A stretch of DNA of 64,000 nucleotides. Source: Gracilinanus agilis (Eukaryota). The notes under the pieces were generated by a model. That model saw nothing but the letters and a program-made list of their open reading frames with translations. It made no database searches and was not told the origin of the DNA. The first letter of the stretch is position 1, and each line of letters starts with the position of its first letter. Below are positions 50,031-63,390 of the stretch, in pieces. The stretch lies in the NCBI RefSeq assembly GCF_016433145.1, contig NC_058134.1:33020757-33084756 (forward strand), written 5' to 3'. The position numbers and the translations under genes were made by a program.

Positions 50031-51879
50031 AAAACCAAGACAGCAGCATCAGAGGAGACATTCAAAAAGAGAATAATCATTGTCGTTCATTCATTTCATT
50101 TGTGTTTGAATCTTTGTGACCCCGTTTTGCGTTTTTCTTGGCAAAGATGCTGGAGTAGTTTGCCATTTCCTTCTTAAAATTTAACAGATAAGGAAACTGA
50201 GGCAAACAGAGTAAAGTGATTTACTCAGAGTCACACAGCTAGTCAGTGAATGAGGCTGGATTTGGATGCAGGTTATCCACTTAGGACATTTAGCTGCCCT
50301 AAGAGGACAGTAGCTGACCTTAATTATTTAGTTCACTGGCTTTCCCTCCCATTACACCATGGGGCTCAGCACCATTTTGTTTCCCATTTCAGCCACTGCA
50401 CCTAACCTCGTTCTGTGCCTACAAATTATCCTTCCCAAGTCAGCCAGCAATGCTGTCATTATATGGTGTTACAGATTCCTGTTGTAAAGGGATTCAAGGG
50501 AGACCAGGTTAGAGAAAGGGGAAGGATTACCACAAATGCTTTCACTATCTTTCAAGAGACACTCCAAGTGTAAGCTCTGCTGCGAGTTGGCCAGGAATAT
50601 TTTTTTAATGAAGAACAGTATTATTATTTCATATTGGAAACTTAATTTTCTCAGACTTACCATGGAAAGCCTTTATAAATCCATTTTTTTTCCTCCCTGA
50701 GTGGCTGAAAGCTCATTTGAAAAATTCAGACATAATATAAAAGAAGAAAATGGAAATGTAGATCATGATGCCTATGCTGAGTTGAGATTTTCTTTCAAAA
50801 CTGAATCTGGGACTGACTTCGAATCTTTATTTTGTAATAATTATACCTGACATTTACTCAGTCCTTGGAGGTTTGCAAAGCACTTTCCCTCCCATCATCC
50901 CATCCACTTCTCATGGCTATATTATGAGATAGGTACTACAGAATTAATAATCCCCACTATATAGTTGAGAAACTAAGATTTTGAGTGGTTAAATAATTTG
51001 TCCTAAGCCTCAGATATTATGCCTCAGATGAAGGATTCAAACTTAGTTCTTTCACGACATTAAGTCATAGATCTTAGATATTATCTTCTTCCCTGCCCCC
51101 TACTTTATTTTTGGGGAGGGGGTGCTGTGGGAAAGGCTTGAAAGTGTTACTACTTCTATAGATAACTTGGAATACGAGTGTTCTATTTGGTTATTACTAT
51201 ACAGTTTTTTAATGAGGATAACTTACAAATCCTGTCCTCACAATTTTTACTTATTCCATCAATATTTATTACCATAAATATTATGGTAGTGATTACTACT
51301 TTTGTTGTTATTTTAAATATCATGTCCAAAAAATTACAGTGCTCTGATAATTAAAGTTTAAAATGATAAACCGAAGGCATCAATGGTACCTTTGCAATGA
51401 TCAGAGAAGATAAATTATATTAAGACTGAAATCAGAGCTTGAAGGGTCCCTAGGGCCCATCCAATCCAATCCCCTCAATTTTTCAGATAAACACATTTCA
51501 ACCAGTAAATGCATGTGAATTATCTAAGGTCACACAGTAGTATATAGTAGAAGTAGGAACCAAGTCAGATCCTCTGACACCAAGTCAAGGACTTTCCACC
51601 CAGGACAACATTATTTCACTATATTGTAATACTTTCAACTTAGGGAACATTTTTATCTGTTGACCAGAGTATCTATTAAACTCTGTTTAGTGTTTTAAGC
51701 TCCCACTACCAATACCTACCAGATAATAAGAGTTTGTTATAATTTTGAGCATATAGAAATTACCCCAGGTAAGAAATAACTTCAAATGTCCAAAACAGAA
51801 GGGATCATATCAAAATACTTCTTTAACCTGAAACATGAAGTAGGAAATTAATGTATATATAACAACTATATTATAATAG

Positions 51880-52130
51880 GGGTATGGTTTGTTGTTTTTA
51901 GTTGTCCAACTTTTTTTTATCTATTTGGAATTTTCTTGGCAGAGATACTGGAATAATTTGCCATTTCCTTCTCCAGCTCATTTTACAGATGAAAAAACTG
52001 AGGCCAACAGGGTGAAGTGTCTTGACCAGGGTCACAAAGTGTATCAGGACAGATTTGAACTCAAGAAGATGAGTCAGCCTTGACTCTAGATCCAACACTC
52101 TATCCATAACACCACCTAGCTTCCCTCAGT
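51880..52130 (-). mobile_element. Mar1-type CORE-SINE
   Basis: 'ttttcttggcagagatactggaataatttgccatttccttctccagctcattttacagatg...ccacctagcttccc'. Confidence 0.8.
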
Positions 52131-52149
52131 GGCATAATTTTACTTGATT

Positions 52150-52548
52150 TCCTTCTCTTTGGTTTTGAGAATTTATTTTTATTCATTATTTTTATTTTTT
52201 AGAAAAATTTTCCATGGTTACATGATTCATTTTCGTTCTCTCCCCCCAAGCCAACCTCCCCCCACCCATAACCGATGTGCATTTCCATTAGGTTTTACAT
52301 GTGTCATTGATCAAGACCTATTTCCATATTATTGATAGTTGCACTGGGGTGGTCGTTTAGAGTCTACATCCCAAATCATATCCCCATTGTCCCGTGTGTT
52401 CAAGCAATTGCTTTTCTTCTGTGTTTCCGCTCCTGCAGTTCTTTCTCTGGTTGTGGATAGCTTCTTTCTCATAAGTCCCTCAAAGTTGTCCTGGGTCATT
52501 GCATTGCTGCTAGTAGAGAAGTCAATATTATAACAGTGTATCCGTCTC
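52150..52548 (-). mobile_element. L1_Mdo-type 3' end
   Basis: Closely similar to 590-930 (VFKQLLFFCVS-type spurious ORFs occur in both). Confidence 0.9.
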
Positions 52549-53627
52549 TTGAGAAATTTTTTAAGTGAAAAAGTTTAAAGTTTCTCACAATTGTTCAAAG
52601 CCCCCAGTTAGGATAATACCTAATATCTACAGAAAAGTTTGGCTCCAGAGCTAATCTTATATTTATGTGTTGCTAGTTAAACCTTGTCCTCTTCGTGGTT
52701 GAGGCAAGTTTAATTTACTGAGAACCTTTGGGGCATTATGTTTTATTATGTGATGTTTGTTATGTTAGGCTGTGTTGTGTTGTATTGTGCTGTGCTGTAC
52801 TGTATTGTATTGTAGTGTTTGTGGATAGAAAAGGAGAGAAGTTAGGGAAAAAGTTTACTTTTGCTTAAATTTTCCATCAACTTGAGTCTTCCCTTCTAAA
52901 GTGACACTGACTCTCTTCTGTATCTCTCTTCTTTGCTATAACTCTGTCATCCCTTTGCTCCATCCATGCTCCAGCCTTGAATCCAGACATTCAGAATCTC
53001 TTTTCCTGATTTTAATTAGTTTCCCCCATTTATACAACTTGCTTGGGTTGTGCTAGTTTCACATAATGCCTTCAAATAATTCTAAAAGTTGTGTAGACCC
53101 TCTATGTCTTCAGTTCTGATTGGTTGATTCAATCAAAAAAATGTTTCTGCCTAATAAAGACACCGGAGCCATTTAGGGAGGTTTCAACTCTAACCTGACA
53201 TATTTGCCTAAATAAATCAAACAAAATTGAATGCCTATTATTTTTTCTGAATTTAAATCATTATACAGAAGAACAAAAAAGACTTAAACTGAGAAGAGTA
53301 AAGAGACTTTGTTTCTGTTTCTAGTTCATTATTTTAATTTCAGAAAGTCTTATGGTTTATTATTTTATTACTTGTATAATTATTTTAGTATTTAATATGC
53401 CTCATCTGTACAACAGGGATATAACTAACAATGAAGATCACTGGTTTTTGACTGTGTTGTATGAGTGTACCAAATGCTAACCTGATTTACTAAAAACTAG
53501 TAATTATATAGGTTGTTCCCAAAATATTCATGTAATTTTAGTTATTAAAACTATTAAAGATAAAAAATACTCTTACGTCTTTATGGATACTCTGGCTGGC
53601 AAATTTTGGAAATTATTTCCTATAGGA

Positions 53628-53829
53628 CCGTGTTGGCAAACCTGTAGCACACATGCCAGAGTAGGGCACTCAATGCCTTCTCTGTGAGCACGCCAACTCT
53701 CGCCCCCGCACAGAATTTGCCAGATTTCATTACCGAAAACTAGAAGGATGTGAGGTGGGACTGCTCCCCTCCCCATCTCCATGCAGTTTGCACTTTGGGC
53801 ATCTGGTTTCTAAAAGTTTGGCATCACTA
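53628..53829. mobile_element. hAT (OposCharlie1-like) MITE
   Basis: Termini ccgtgttggcaaacct ... aagtttggcatcacta. 8-bp TSD ctatagga (53620-53627) / ctataggc (53830-53837). Same family as 4213-4428. Confidence 0.85.
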
Positions 53830-54569
53830 CTATAGGCTGTTTCATTTGATCTTTACAGCAACCATGTGAATTAGGTGCTATTATCATGCCCACATCAGAA
53901 AATTGAGATTAAGAGAAATTAAGGGATTTGGCCAACATCACACAAGTACTACTGAGGCAAGATTCAAACTCAGCTTTTCTCAATTCCCCTTCAAATCCTC
54001 TATTCACTATGACTTCTAGCTCTTCTACTTACTTGGATCTGTAGCTCATCTCTAAGAACTCTTCTGGATCCTAATAATTTGAATCTGAATGTCTAATTAA
54101 TTTTCTGTCATTTTCATTTATGAAGTATAATTTCAGATTGTTGTTCAGTCATTTTCAGAAGAGTCCAATTGTTGGTGACCCCAACTGGAGTTTTCTTGGC
54201 AAATAGATTGAAATGGCTTGACATTTCCTTCTCTAGATCATTTGATAGATGAGGAAATTGAGGCAAACAGGGTGAAGTGATTAATCATAGTTACACAATT
54301 AAGTTTCTGAGGCCAGATTTGAATTCTGGAAAATTAGTCTTCCTAACTGTAAGCCCCAGGTCTCTATCCACTTTACCAAATTTAAGGAGAATTTTCATAT
54401 ACACAATATATTAAAAAAATCATGTGGGTTCAGTTAAAGCAAGCATCATATATAAAAAGGGCAACTTCAATAACATAATATTGAATTGGGTTTTAAAATT
54501 TGTAAATAGATCTAGAAAGGTATTAAATTAAAAACACAATTATTACTCCCTGGGATATTTGGTATTCTT

Positions 54570-55440
54570 TTGCTTTTAAAAATATTTATTGTAATTTAAA
54601 TTTTTATAATTGATAAAAATATTTTATTTCTTCCCCACCAACCATTCCCATTGAAAAAGAAACAAAAATCAAACCCTTAAAAGAAATATGCAAAACATGT
54701 TCCCACATTGGCCATACAATTCATCATTGGTCTTCTGAAATCATGATTGGTCAATTGTCTTGATTAGGGTTTTTAAGTCTGTTAGTGTTCTTTGTCTCTA
54801 CTGTCACCATTGCTATTGTTTAAATTGATCCTCTGCTAATGCACAATTTACTGTGTATCAGTTCATATAAGCTTTCCAGTCACATTCATATATTGTAATT
54901 TATTTAGCCATTCCTAAATTAATGAGAGTGTCATAGTTTTCAATTCCTTGTCACCACAACAAAAAGAGCTACCATGTTATTTCTATTTATGATTCCCTTT
55001 TTTCTTGCTTTAATTTCTTTAGGATCATAGTTGTAATTTTACGGGATTAACAAATTTGCCCAGTTTAAACACTGGGAGAAGGGAATGATGTTTCAAGTTG
55101 CTTCTTAAATTATTAGGTCAGTTCACAGTTCTATCCTTAGTGCATTTATATATCCATTTTTTTACTACTATAGCATTAGTCATTTTTCTTTCTGAAACTT
55201 TGCTAAGTCTCTAAAATAGAACCTCAGAATTGCTTTTAATTTATATTTTCAATTGTTAATGATTTAGAACATTTTTAATAACTATTGATAGCTTGGATCT
55301 CTTTATCTGAAAACTGCCCATTCATATCTTGACCAATTTTTAATTGGAAAATGGCTCTTAGACTTATAAAATTTGAATTAGGTCCCTTTGTATATTAGTG
55401 ATGAGACTTTTCTCAGAGAAAACTTGATTGCTATTTCTTT
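54570..55440 (-). mobile_element. Very old L1 3' region
   Basis: 'ctctttatctgaaaactgcccattcatatcttgaccaattttttaattggaaaatggctct' is homologous to L1 1490-1550. Confidence 0.6.
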
Positions 55441-56419
55441 GCAAACATATGGTACTTCAATTGGCTGCTAATGTCTCATGGAAAGTAAAGAATTTAGAAG
55501 ACTTAATTGAGTTATAGTGTCATTTTAATGCCTTCACTGAATTGGCCAGTTGATTTTCATTAACATTAAACAAACTGAATGCATTCCATGTATACTAAAT
55601 TATTTCAGACCTCTTAAGAAGACTCATTGTATTTGACTAAAGTTTCCCTTCTTTTTGCCTTATTTAAATGCTACCTGATTGATTTATGGCTGAGGAACAA
55701 GCTCTTCATGTCTCCAAGTTTCCTTTTGGATGTCTGCCATAGTTATTCTTTCTGAATGTCTTTTCATTCATTCTTTAAAAAAAAGCTTATTGATATCTCA
55801 TGTTTTGTTCATTCCCAGTCTTCTATTGAATCCTTTCGATGAAAAAAAAACAATAATCAAAATTGAACACCAGATTGTCTGCATGTGTATTGTTCTATGT
55901 TTGTAATCTCCCACTTCTCTAGTGAGAAGAGGAAGGTTTGCTTCATTTTGTAGACGGTGATCAAGAATGGTGATTGTAATTTTTTCTGTTTGATTCTCTT
56001 CTACCATTGACTATGTTTATGTTACTGTAATTATTGTTAATGGTGTTCTCCTTTTTGCTTTAGTATATATTAGTTCATCTGCATTTTCCCATGTTTTCCA
56101 GAAGTCCTTAATATTATTGTTTCTTATAAATTAGTAATACTCTAGGAAGTCAGGTGGCAGACAGAATATAAAATTGAATCTGAAATCAGGAAAACCTGAG
56201 TTTAAAGGCTATCCCAAATACTTTCTAACTGTGTAACTTTAGGAAAGTCACTTTATCTGTCTGCCTCATTTTTTCTTAATCTCTAAAATTGAAGGTTGGC
56301 CTCAATGTTCTCTAAAACTCCTTTCAACTCTAAATTTGTGATTCTATAAGTCAGAAAGTGTCTAGAAAGAGATGACCAGCTTGTTGATAGTCTTGGAATC
56401 CATTTTACATATCAAGAAT

Positions 56420-56800
56420 TTATAGGAACTGGAGATGTTTTCTTTGGGGAACACGATGGCTATCTTCAAATATTTTAAGACACATTAAACTGTTCTGTTA
56501 GCTTTAAAGAATTAAGAACAAAGGATGGAAATTGTATAAAAACAAGAACACAGAAGGGAAATCACACAGAGGAACAGTTAGTTTTGCTGTCTGAAAAATT
56601 ACTAACAGTTAAATCTGTTCAAAAGAAGATAAGGCTGTCAGTCCCCAGAGTTTATGAGGTCCATCACTGAAGGTTTTCATTCAGAGACTGATTGACTACT
56701 TGTAGAGTGTGTTATCTTGGGGATTCCTTTTCAGGTATCAAATAGATGAGGTAGCTAGTGATATCTTTTCAAACTCCAAAATTTCCAGATTCTATGATTG
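56420..56800 (+). mobile_element. CR1/L3 LINE 3' end
   Basis: 'ggaactggagatgtttt...atggctatcttcaaatattt...ccatcactgaaggttttcattcagagactg...attctatgatt' matches the L3 terminus. Confidence 0.6.
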
Positions 56801-59800
56801 TAACAAATCTATCCTGTTCAGAGAGAGCTCTATTGTCTGTCTTTCTACGCAGTTTTTAACTACTTTAGTGCCACCTTCAGACACACTGGATATATAACCT
56901 TTAACAAGTCATCTAAGTTCACCAGATCTCAATTTCTTCATCTGTAAAAAAGAAGAGATTGAACTCTGACTTCCCCGGTCCTTTCCAACTCTAAATCTGT
57001 GAGCCTGTATGAGATGTTGCTAGGATGGAATTGATGAGAAATGACAACTGATTTAGATGTGGCAGGTGAGGGTACAAGAAAAGTCAAGGATGAGTCCAAG
57101 GTCAAAACTCTCAAACCCAATGGTAGAGACCTACAGGTTCCAATATGTATAGAATTTTGGTTTTAAGTGATTCTCATAATTATTAAATGTGACACAAAAA
57201 TGTGAGCAACAGGAAAAGATTTCAGTTCTGCCTAGGCAGATCAAGGTGGGATAATGGCCACATATATTCCACTAGAGATAATACAATCATTCCTGAGGCT
57301 AATCACTTTTCCAAATATCTGAGAAACATTTTATGGCACCTGAGTCCATTTGCCATGCTACTATTATTTTTCCATTGAGAATTCCTCAGGGGTAGATGTG
57401 CGAAATGCTCAGTGACTTAACTAGATCCACCAAGTGCTGACTCTTTCCCCAGTTCTGACCTAGATGCCAGTAGGATGGATTACCAACCTCCAAATGCCTG
57501 CAAAATTGTGCATTAGAATTGAAAAATAACCAAAAAACTTTAGCTAATAAAGTTAAGCCAAGATGTTGGGTTCTGAGCAATACTTCTACATAGAAGTGTG
57601 GTTAGTTTTGAGTATTCAGTTGTGCATTTATTGTAGCAACTGAATTTCATAAGTTTTAAGAATTTTTGAACTAAATGTTGAGAATCTGCCATTAAGAATG
57701 GTGGAAGAAAGAAGTTGGTATCTGTGGATCAGTTTGGTTTATGTGAAGGATGTACCTCTATGAAACCATGGAAGGGAGAATATGAAACCTCATTGACCTA
57801 GGACTAATTCTATTTTTCATTTTCAATAAAATCAGATTTTTCTTCCACATAATTTCTTCTTACACATCATATTATTAGTCATGACTTGAGTTTATAGATT
57901 ATTTGGAATAATAAATTTGACATGATATAAAATTTGAAATTCTGTTGTAGTATAGTAGAGAAAGAGTCTTGCATTTATAGTCACAAGAGTCTGGTTTTAA
58001 ATCTAGGTCATGACATATAGTCCCTGTGTGGTAAGCAAAGTCACTTATCTCAATTATTCTCTTTTTGTTTCCTAATCAGTAAAATTATATGACCGGATCA
58101 GCCATTTAAACACAGAGAACCATATATTTTTCACCTCTAAAAATGAAAGGGTCCAAGTAGGTGAACTCTGATGTGTTTTCTACCCCCAAATTTGTAATCC
58201 TATGAAATGGCTGAGGGTATTTTAGAAATAATGAATAGGTCTCTTTTTTTTAATATACCCAAATTGACTTTGGCCCCTTTTAGAAGCAATGCTTCACTAG
58301 TATATCAATTCCCATTGTTATATTTGGCCAATGTAAATTTGGGTTCCTGAAGGAGCCATTTGGTCATTTAATCCAATTGGACAAACATTTCTTGAGTGCC
58401 TCCTGTGAGTAGAGACCATCCATTGCTTTATTTAATGAGGAAGCTGAAGAGATAAATAAATGGCCCTAGCATTCAATTTTCTGAATATCTAGGAGAGGAA
58501 AAAAATAAGACATGTATAAACCAGTAGTGCGCCATTATAGGTGTACTGATCATTGGGGATGATGGACTTCAGTAGCTTTTCTCAAATCATTACTGTGTGT
58601 TGAGTAAACAAGATAGAGTTTTAAAATTGCCTGGATGCATGGAAGAGGCCCTGTGGAGCCATTGGGTGTTTTGTGTTGGTAATTAGCATGATTTTTTTAG
58701 AGTCCCTAAATACATATTTACTTAATCCATTTTTTTAACATTCCAAATGTCTAATTTACACTGCATACTGGAAAAGTCTCTTTAGACACAGAGTCACTGG
58801 AGTATTTTTGTATCCTTTAGGATCTAATTCCTTCTAAAGTAATAAAGGACTAACCCTAATAGCCAACCCATAACCATATTTTTTTGGCTGGCAAATGTCC
58901 CATTGACCATGAGTGATTAAATGGTACTGCTTTTATTGAATGCCAATGGTGCTATTGGGTCCAGTTTTCCATAGCTTATTAGTTTATTCACATATGAATG
59001 ATCCCAATGGGAATATATTATGTAACTCTCTTTTAGAAGAACCAGTCTTTTCTTCTGAACTGTTTTCTTAATGGCTAAATTTTCAAATAAAGTCAGGGTT
59101 TTTGTTTTTTGGCTTCTTTTTTTCTATTTTTACTCATATTAGAATTGCCTTAATTTCTTAGGGACAGTGTGATGTAATAGGCACTGGGTTAAACTTTGAG
59201 TCTGGAGATTTGTTAGAATTCTAACTTAGCTGTGATCATGAGACCATCAACTGAAAACTGAATGTAATATTATTAATTATTCAATCAACATACACATTTT
59301 TTTTTTAAAAAAAAGCTGTACTGAATTCTAGGCTCCTTAGGTTCTAAGGAATACAAAGACAAAAGAAAAACCTGACATAAAGGGGCTTGCATTCTATTAG
59401 AGGAGGCAATTTGTGCATACATATGTACAAAAACCAAAACAAAAACCTGATCTTCTAATGGGGAGGGAGGGAGGAGAAAATGAGAGGGGAGAACCCATGG
59501 AATAAAGCATGTGCAAAGCTGCCAATATAGCTGTTCCAATTTTTAAAGATAGAGGCTATCAAGAAAAATCTATTTATTTGACAAATAAAGAATCTGAGGC
59601 CTAAAGAGGGAGGGTAAGGTACTTGTTCAGAAACATAATTCCTAATTCTTTGACTCCCTTTTGGAGCCCCATTTCATGTATCAGTGAAATGTAGCTAAGA
59701 CTAACACTATCTACCTGTGAAGGCTATGAGGAAATAAAAACACCTTTATAAACTTAAGGCACTTTAGAAATGAGGATCACTCTGTGTATAGGATTATTTT

Positions 59801-60544
59801 ATTTAATTATCTAACACAATTTTATGATATTAAAAAAATCAATTTATACAGCCCCTTTTGGTATTCAAAAGCAACAAGGTGGTCAAACCTTCCTGACTTG
59901 CTTATGGTTAGTTGTTGTCCATCATACTCCAAGAGGACAAAAATGACATCATTATGTTGGAGTTAAATCACAGTGTGTCTGACTCTAGCTGATCAAAGAG
60001 CTGGTATGAATTCTTGGGATGGAGATGTCTCTAAATTTGTTCATCTCACCTATCAATGTCCTTGCTAACAGACTTTGCTTAAATCTAGTAAGGGATACTT
60101 TAACATTTAAATTAGTGAAAATTTTTGAGAATTCTGCTTCTATCTTAATAAAATCATGAATCTTGATAAAGAAGGGACCTTAGAGTCCATCTTAAACAGC
60201 CCTTTCATTTTTACAAGTGAGAGACTGAGGCAAGGTCAGGTTATGTGATTTGCTCAAGGTAAGATACAGAGTAATTTTCTGGGACAAAATTTGAATCCAG
60301 AGTTTCCCTGATTCTAAGACTCATACTCTCTCCATTTTACCCATCAATACATTATCAATAGCTTGTCTAGTATTACCCTAGTTGAGATTCAGATCATTTC
60401 TCACCAGGATTACTGTATGAACCTTTAACTAGCCTCTCTCTCATTTTTTTTTTCATTCTAGTACATTCTAAACAATACTGTCAGATTAATAGAGAACAAC
60501 TTTAATGATGTCATTTCCCTACTTAAACCATTTTAGTGGTTCCC

Positions 60545-60855
60545 TGTATAATTGGAAATCTTGTACCTTTGAACTACATTACCCAGGAGCCCACTGGCTT
60601 CCTGTCATTATGTGCTGACATAGATAGGAGATAAATTTGGTGGATTTCCATGTCTAGTGCTCTTCTCTTGCTATGAGGGCAGCTGTGAATGAGGGACCTT
60701 TGAGCAGGTAGATTAGCCATGGGCATGTGTTTTTATTTTTTAGATGATTACCTTTTTATTCCTTTACTTCTAGTGATTATTAATAAATCTTATAAAATAC
60801 AATATTTGAAGTTATTGTTTATTAATTTAAATTTTTACATTAATGGCAGCCACAA
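60545..60855 (+). mobile_element. ERV LTR (60545-60839) followed by a PBS-like remnant, within L2 sequence
   Basis: TG...CA termini, AATAAA at 60782, U3 motif aactacattacccaggagccc, then tggcagccacaa. Confidence 0.7.
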
Positions 60856-62012
60856 AGCCTGATTCATATCTTTTTCCACACCATCCAAACTACCTATAAT
60901 TGCTTCCTTTTTGCCCATTTCCCAAACAATGAAAATCCTGCCCATCTTCCAAGCAACAGATCCATAAAGTTGCAGCTGTTTACTCTTTCTAGGGGTGATC
61001 TCTCCTACCTCCAAATTCACAGAACTCCTTGAGCATATCTTTCTAACACCACAGTCTGCCTTTTAGTTATTTGTACATGTCTTTTATCTCCTTGTCTAGA
61101 TTATAAACTCCTGAGCCTGCCAGCTCATTTGTTTTCGAATCCCCAACAATGGCTAGCACCATATCTTATACTGAATTGATGTGAAATAGATATGTACTAT
61201 GTAAATGTATGAATTTGTAAGAGATTTGTTTATCCCTGGGAAAAGTAGGACTTATTAAAATAGTGTAAATATGGAGCACCTTGTCTCTCAAAGTAATATT
61301 ACTTGGAAATGAAACCTCAAAAAAAAAAGTCTCCTGGGACAGGAAATCAAGACCTGAGTTGAGTTAATCTTCAGTCTGACTCACTTAGGCTTATATAAGA
61401 AGACCTACTTGTACTTACCCATTAAGAAGGCACCATATTTTGACAGGTTGATTTAGGCTGTATTTTTGGAATAAATGTGGCTTAATTTTCAGAATACAGT
61501 TTATTAGATAAAGTGCCCCCCTTTCTCGTGTTAGTCAGAAAAGACTTAATGAAAATTTGAGCATATGCAAATGTCAGGATTCAATATGAACTGTGAGATT
61601 GCTGACAAAGGTGACCTTACATTTTCTGGAAAGAGAAGAGGCAGGAAACAATTCCCTGAATTCAGTTCAACTCCACAAAGACACAGAGTGTAAAAAAATA
61701 ACAAAAAACCACTGAATTTTGAGTCAGAAACTTTTTTTCTCCCATTGCTTGGGCTCATGGCATTATCCTCTAGACCCTGAGTCAATTTCCTCATATGTAA
61801 AACAAGAGCATTTGATGAAATCTAACCTCTCAAGCCCTTTCTGGCTCGCAAGTGATGACAGAAAATACTTACTGTGTGCAGAATATTGGGCTAGGCTTTA
61901 GGGATAAAAGAAGCTAAACACCTCCAGGCTTTTTAGGTGTTGACAGTGTAATGGTATGTGTGTATGTGTGTGTGTGGAAACAACATGGTATGTAAACATA
62001 TCTAGAACAACA

Positions 62013-62016
<4 letters not shown>

Positions 62017-62054
<38 letters not shown>
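62017..62054. repeat. (TG)n microsatellite
   Basis: Direct reading. Confidence 0.95.
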
Positions 62055-62056
<2 letters not shown>

Positions 62057-63124
62057 ACAGAGATCAATACAGAGAAATTCAAAGATTAAAAGAAAACTAA
62101 TAATTGCTTGTGAGAAAGAAGGTTAGGAAAGACAGTGATTTCAGGGGCATTTGAGCTGTGTTTTGTAAGAAGCTAGGAATTCTAAGAAAAAGAGGGAGGA
62201 GGCAGTGCATTACAATAGGTAAGGTAGGGAGATGATTTGCTGCACAGAACTCTGGCCTTGGAATCAAGAAAGTCTGAGTTCAAGACTTAACCCAGATATT
62301 TAATAGTTGTATGACTGGGAAGTCCCCGGTTCTCTCAGGCTCTGTTTTCATATCTATTAAATGAGAGAAGTGACCTGATGACCTCTAAGAAACATACTAA
62401 GATGTTCTGATCTATATAAAGGCAAAGGGATGAAAGATCAAATTTTATGTGTGGGTAACAGAAGAGTAGACCAGTTTGACTAATCCCAGTAAGTACATGA
62501 TGAGAAATAACAAGAAATCACATAGTTATTTAAATTTCCTTTAAATAAATTGAAGAAATCCCTTGGGTCTTTAACACCTGCAAAGTGGCTCATCTTAATT
62601 TTGGACAGCTTAATTAGTTATCAATGAGATGAGGTAGAATAAAGGAAATGACTAGTATGAGACCATTTTTATTCTGTGAGATCCACAGGGATCAATGGGA
62701 TCAGGATGGATTTAGAAGTCAACTCTGCCACTCATTGCATGTAAAAACCTGAAAAACTTCAGGAAATCTCTCTAGGTGACAGTTTCTTTTTCTGTAAAAA
62801 GTGGAAACTTAATTAAATAATTTCTAAATTCTCATTCAGAGATAAAGTTCTTTATCCTATGATAAATCAGTGACAGAATAGAGATTATAATTCCAGGAAG
62901 TTGAACAGTAAGAAGAGAGAAATATGAGTCACAGAGCCACCTTTTGTTCTTCTTCCTCATTTCCTTCTTTCCACTTCTTTCCTCTTCCCCATTATCTCTT
63001 CAACACAATCTTTTCTACTATCAGGATGACTTTTTTTCTCCTAATTTTAGACTGTTGGGGAAAGATATACATCTTTCTCTTCCTCAGAAGGAATGAAAAA
63101 GTCAGATGGTAGCATTGAAGCTGC

Positions 63125-63390
63125 TAAGCAATTCTCAGGACAGCTTGTCAGTGTAATGGCTAAAGTACTGGGCCTGCAGTCAGGAAGACTTTTCTTCCTG
63201 GGTTCAAATCTGGTCCCAGACACTTAGTACCTATTTCACCCTGGATAAGTCACTGAAATATGTTTGCCTAGTTTTCTTAATTTGTAAAATGAGTTGAGAA
63301 GGGAATGCAAAGAGTCCTGAATCTTTGCCAAGAAAATCTTTAATAGTGTCGTGAAGAGTTGGACACAGCTGAAACTGAAGAACAACAAAT
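63125..63390 (+). mobile_element. Mar1-type CORE-SINE with RTE-like tail
   Basis: 'ggacagcttgtcagtgtaatggctaaagtactgggcctgcagtcaggaagac...ctttgccaagaaaatc...agagttggacacagctgaa'. Confidence 0.75.
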
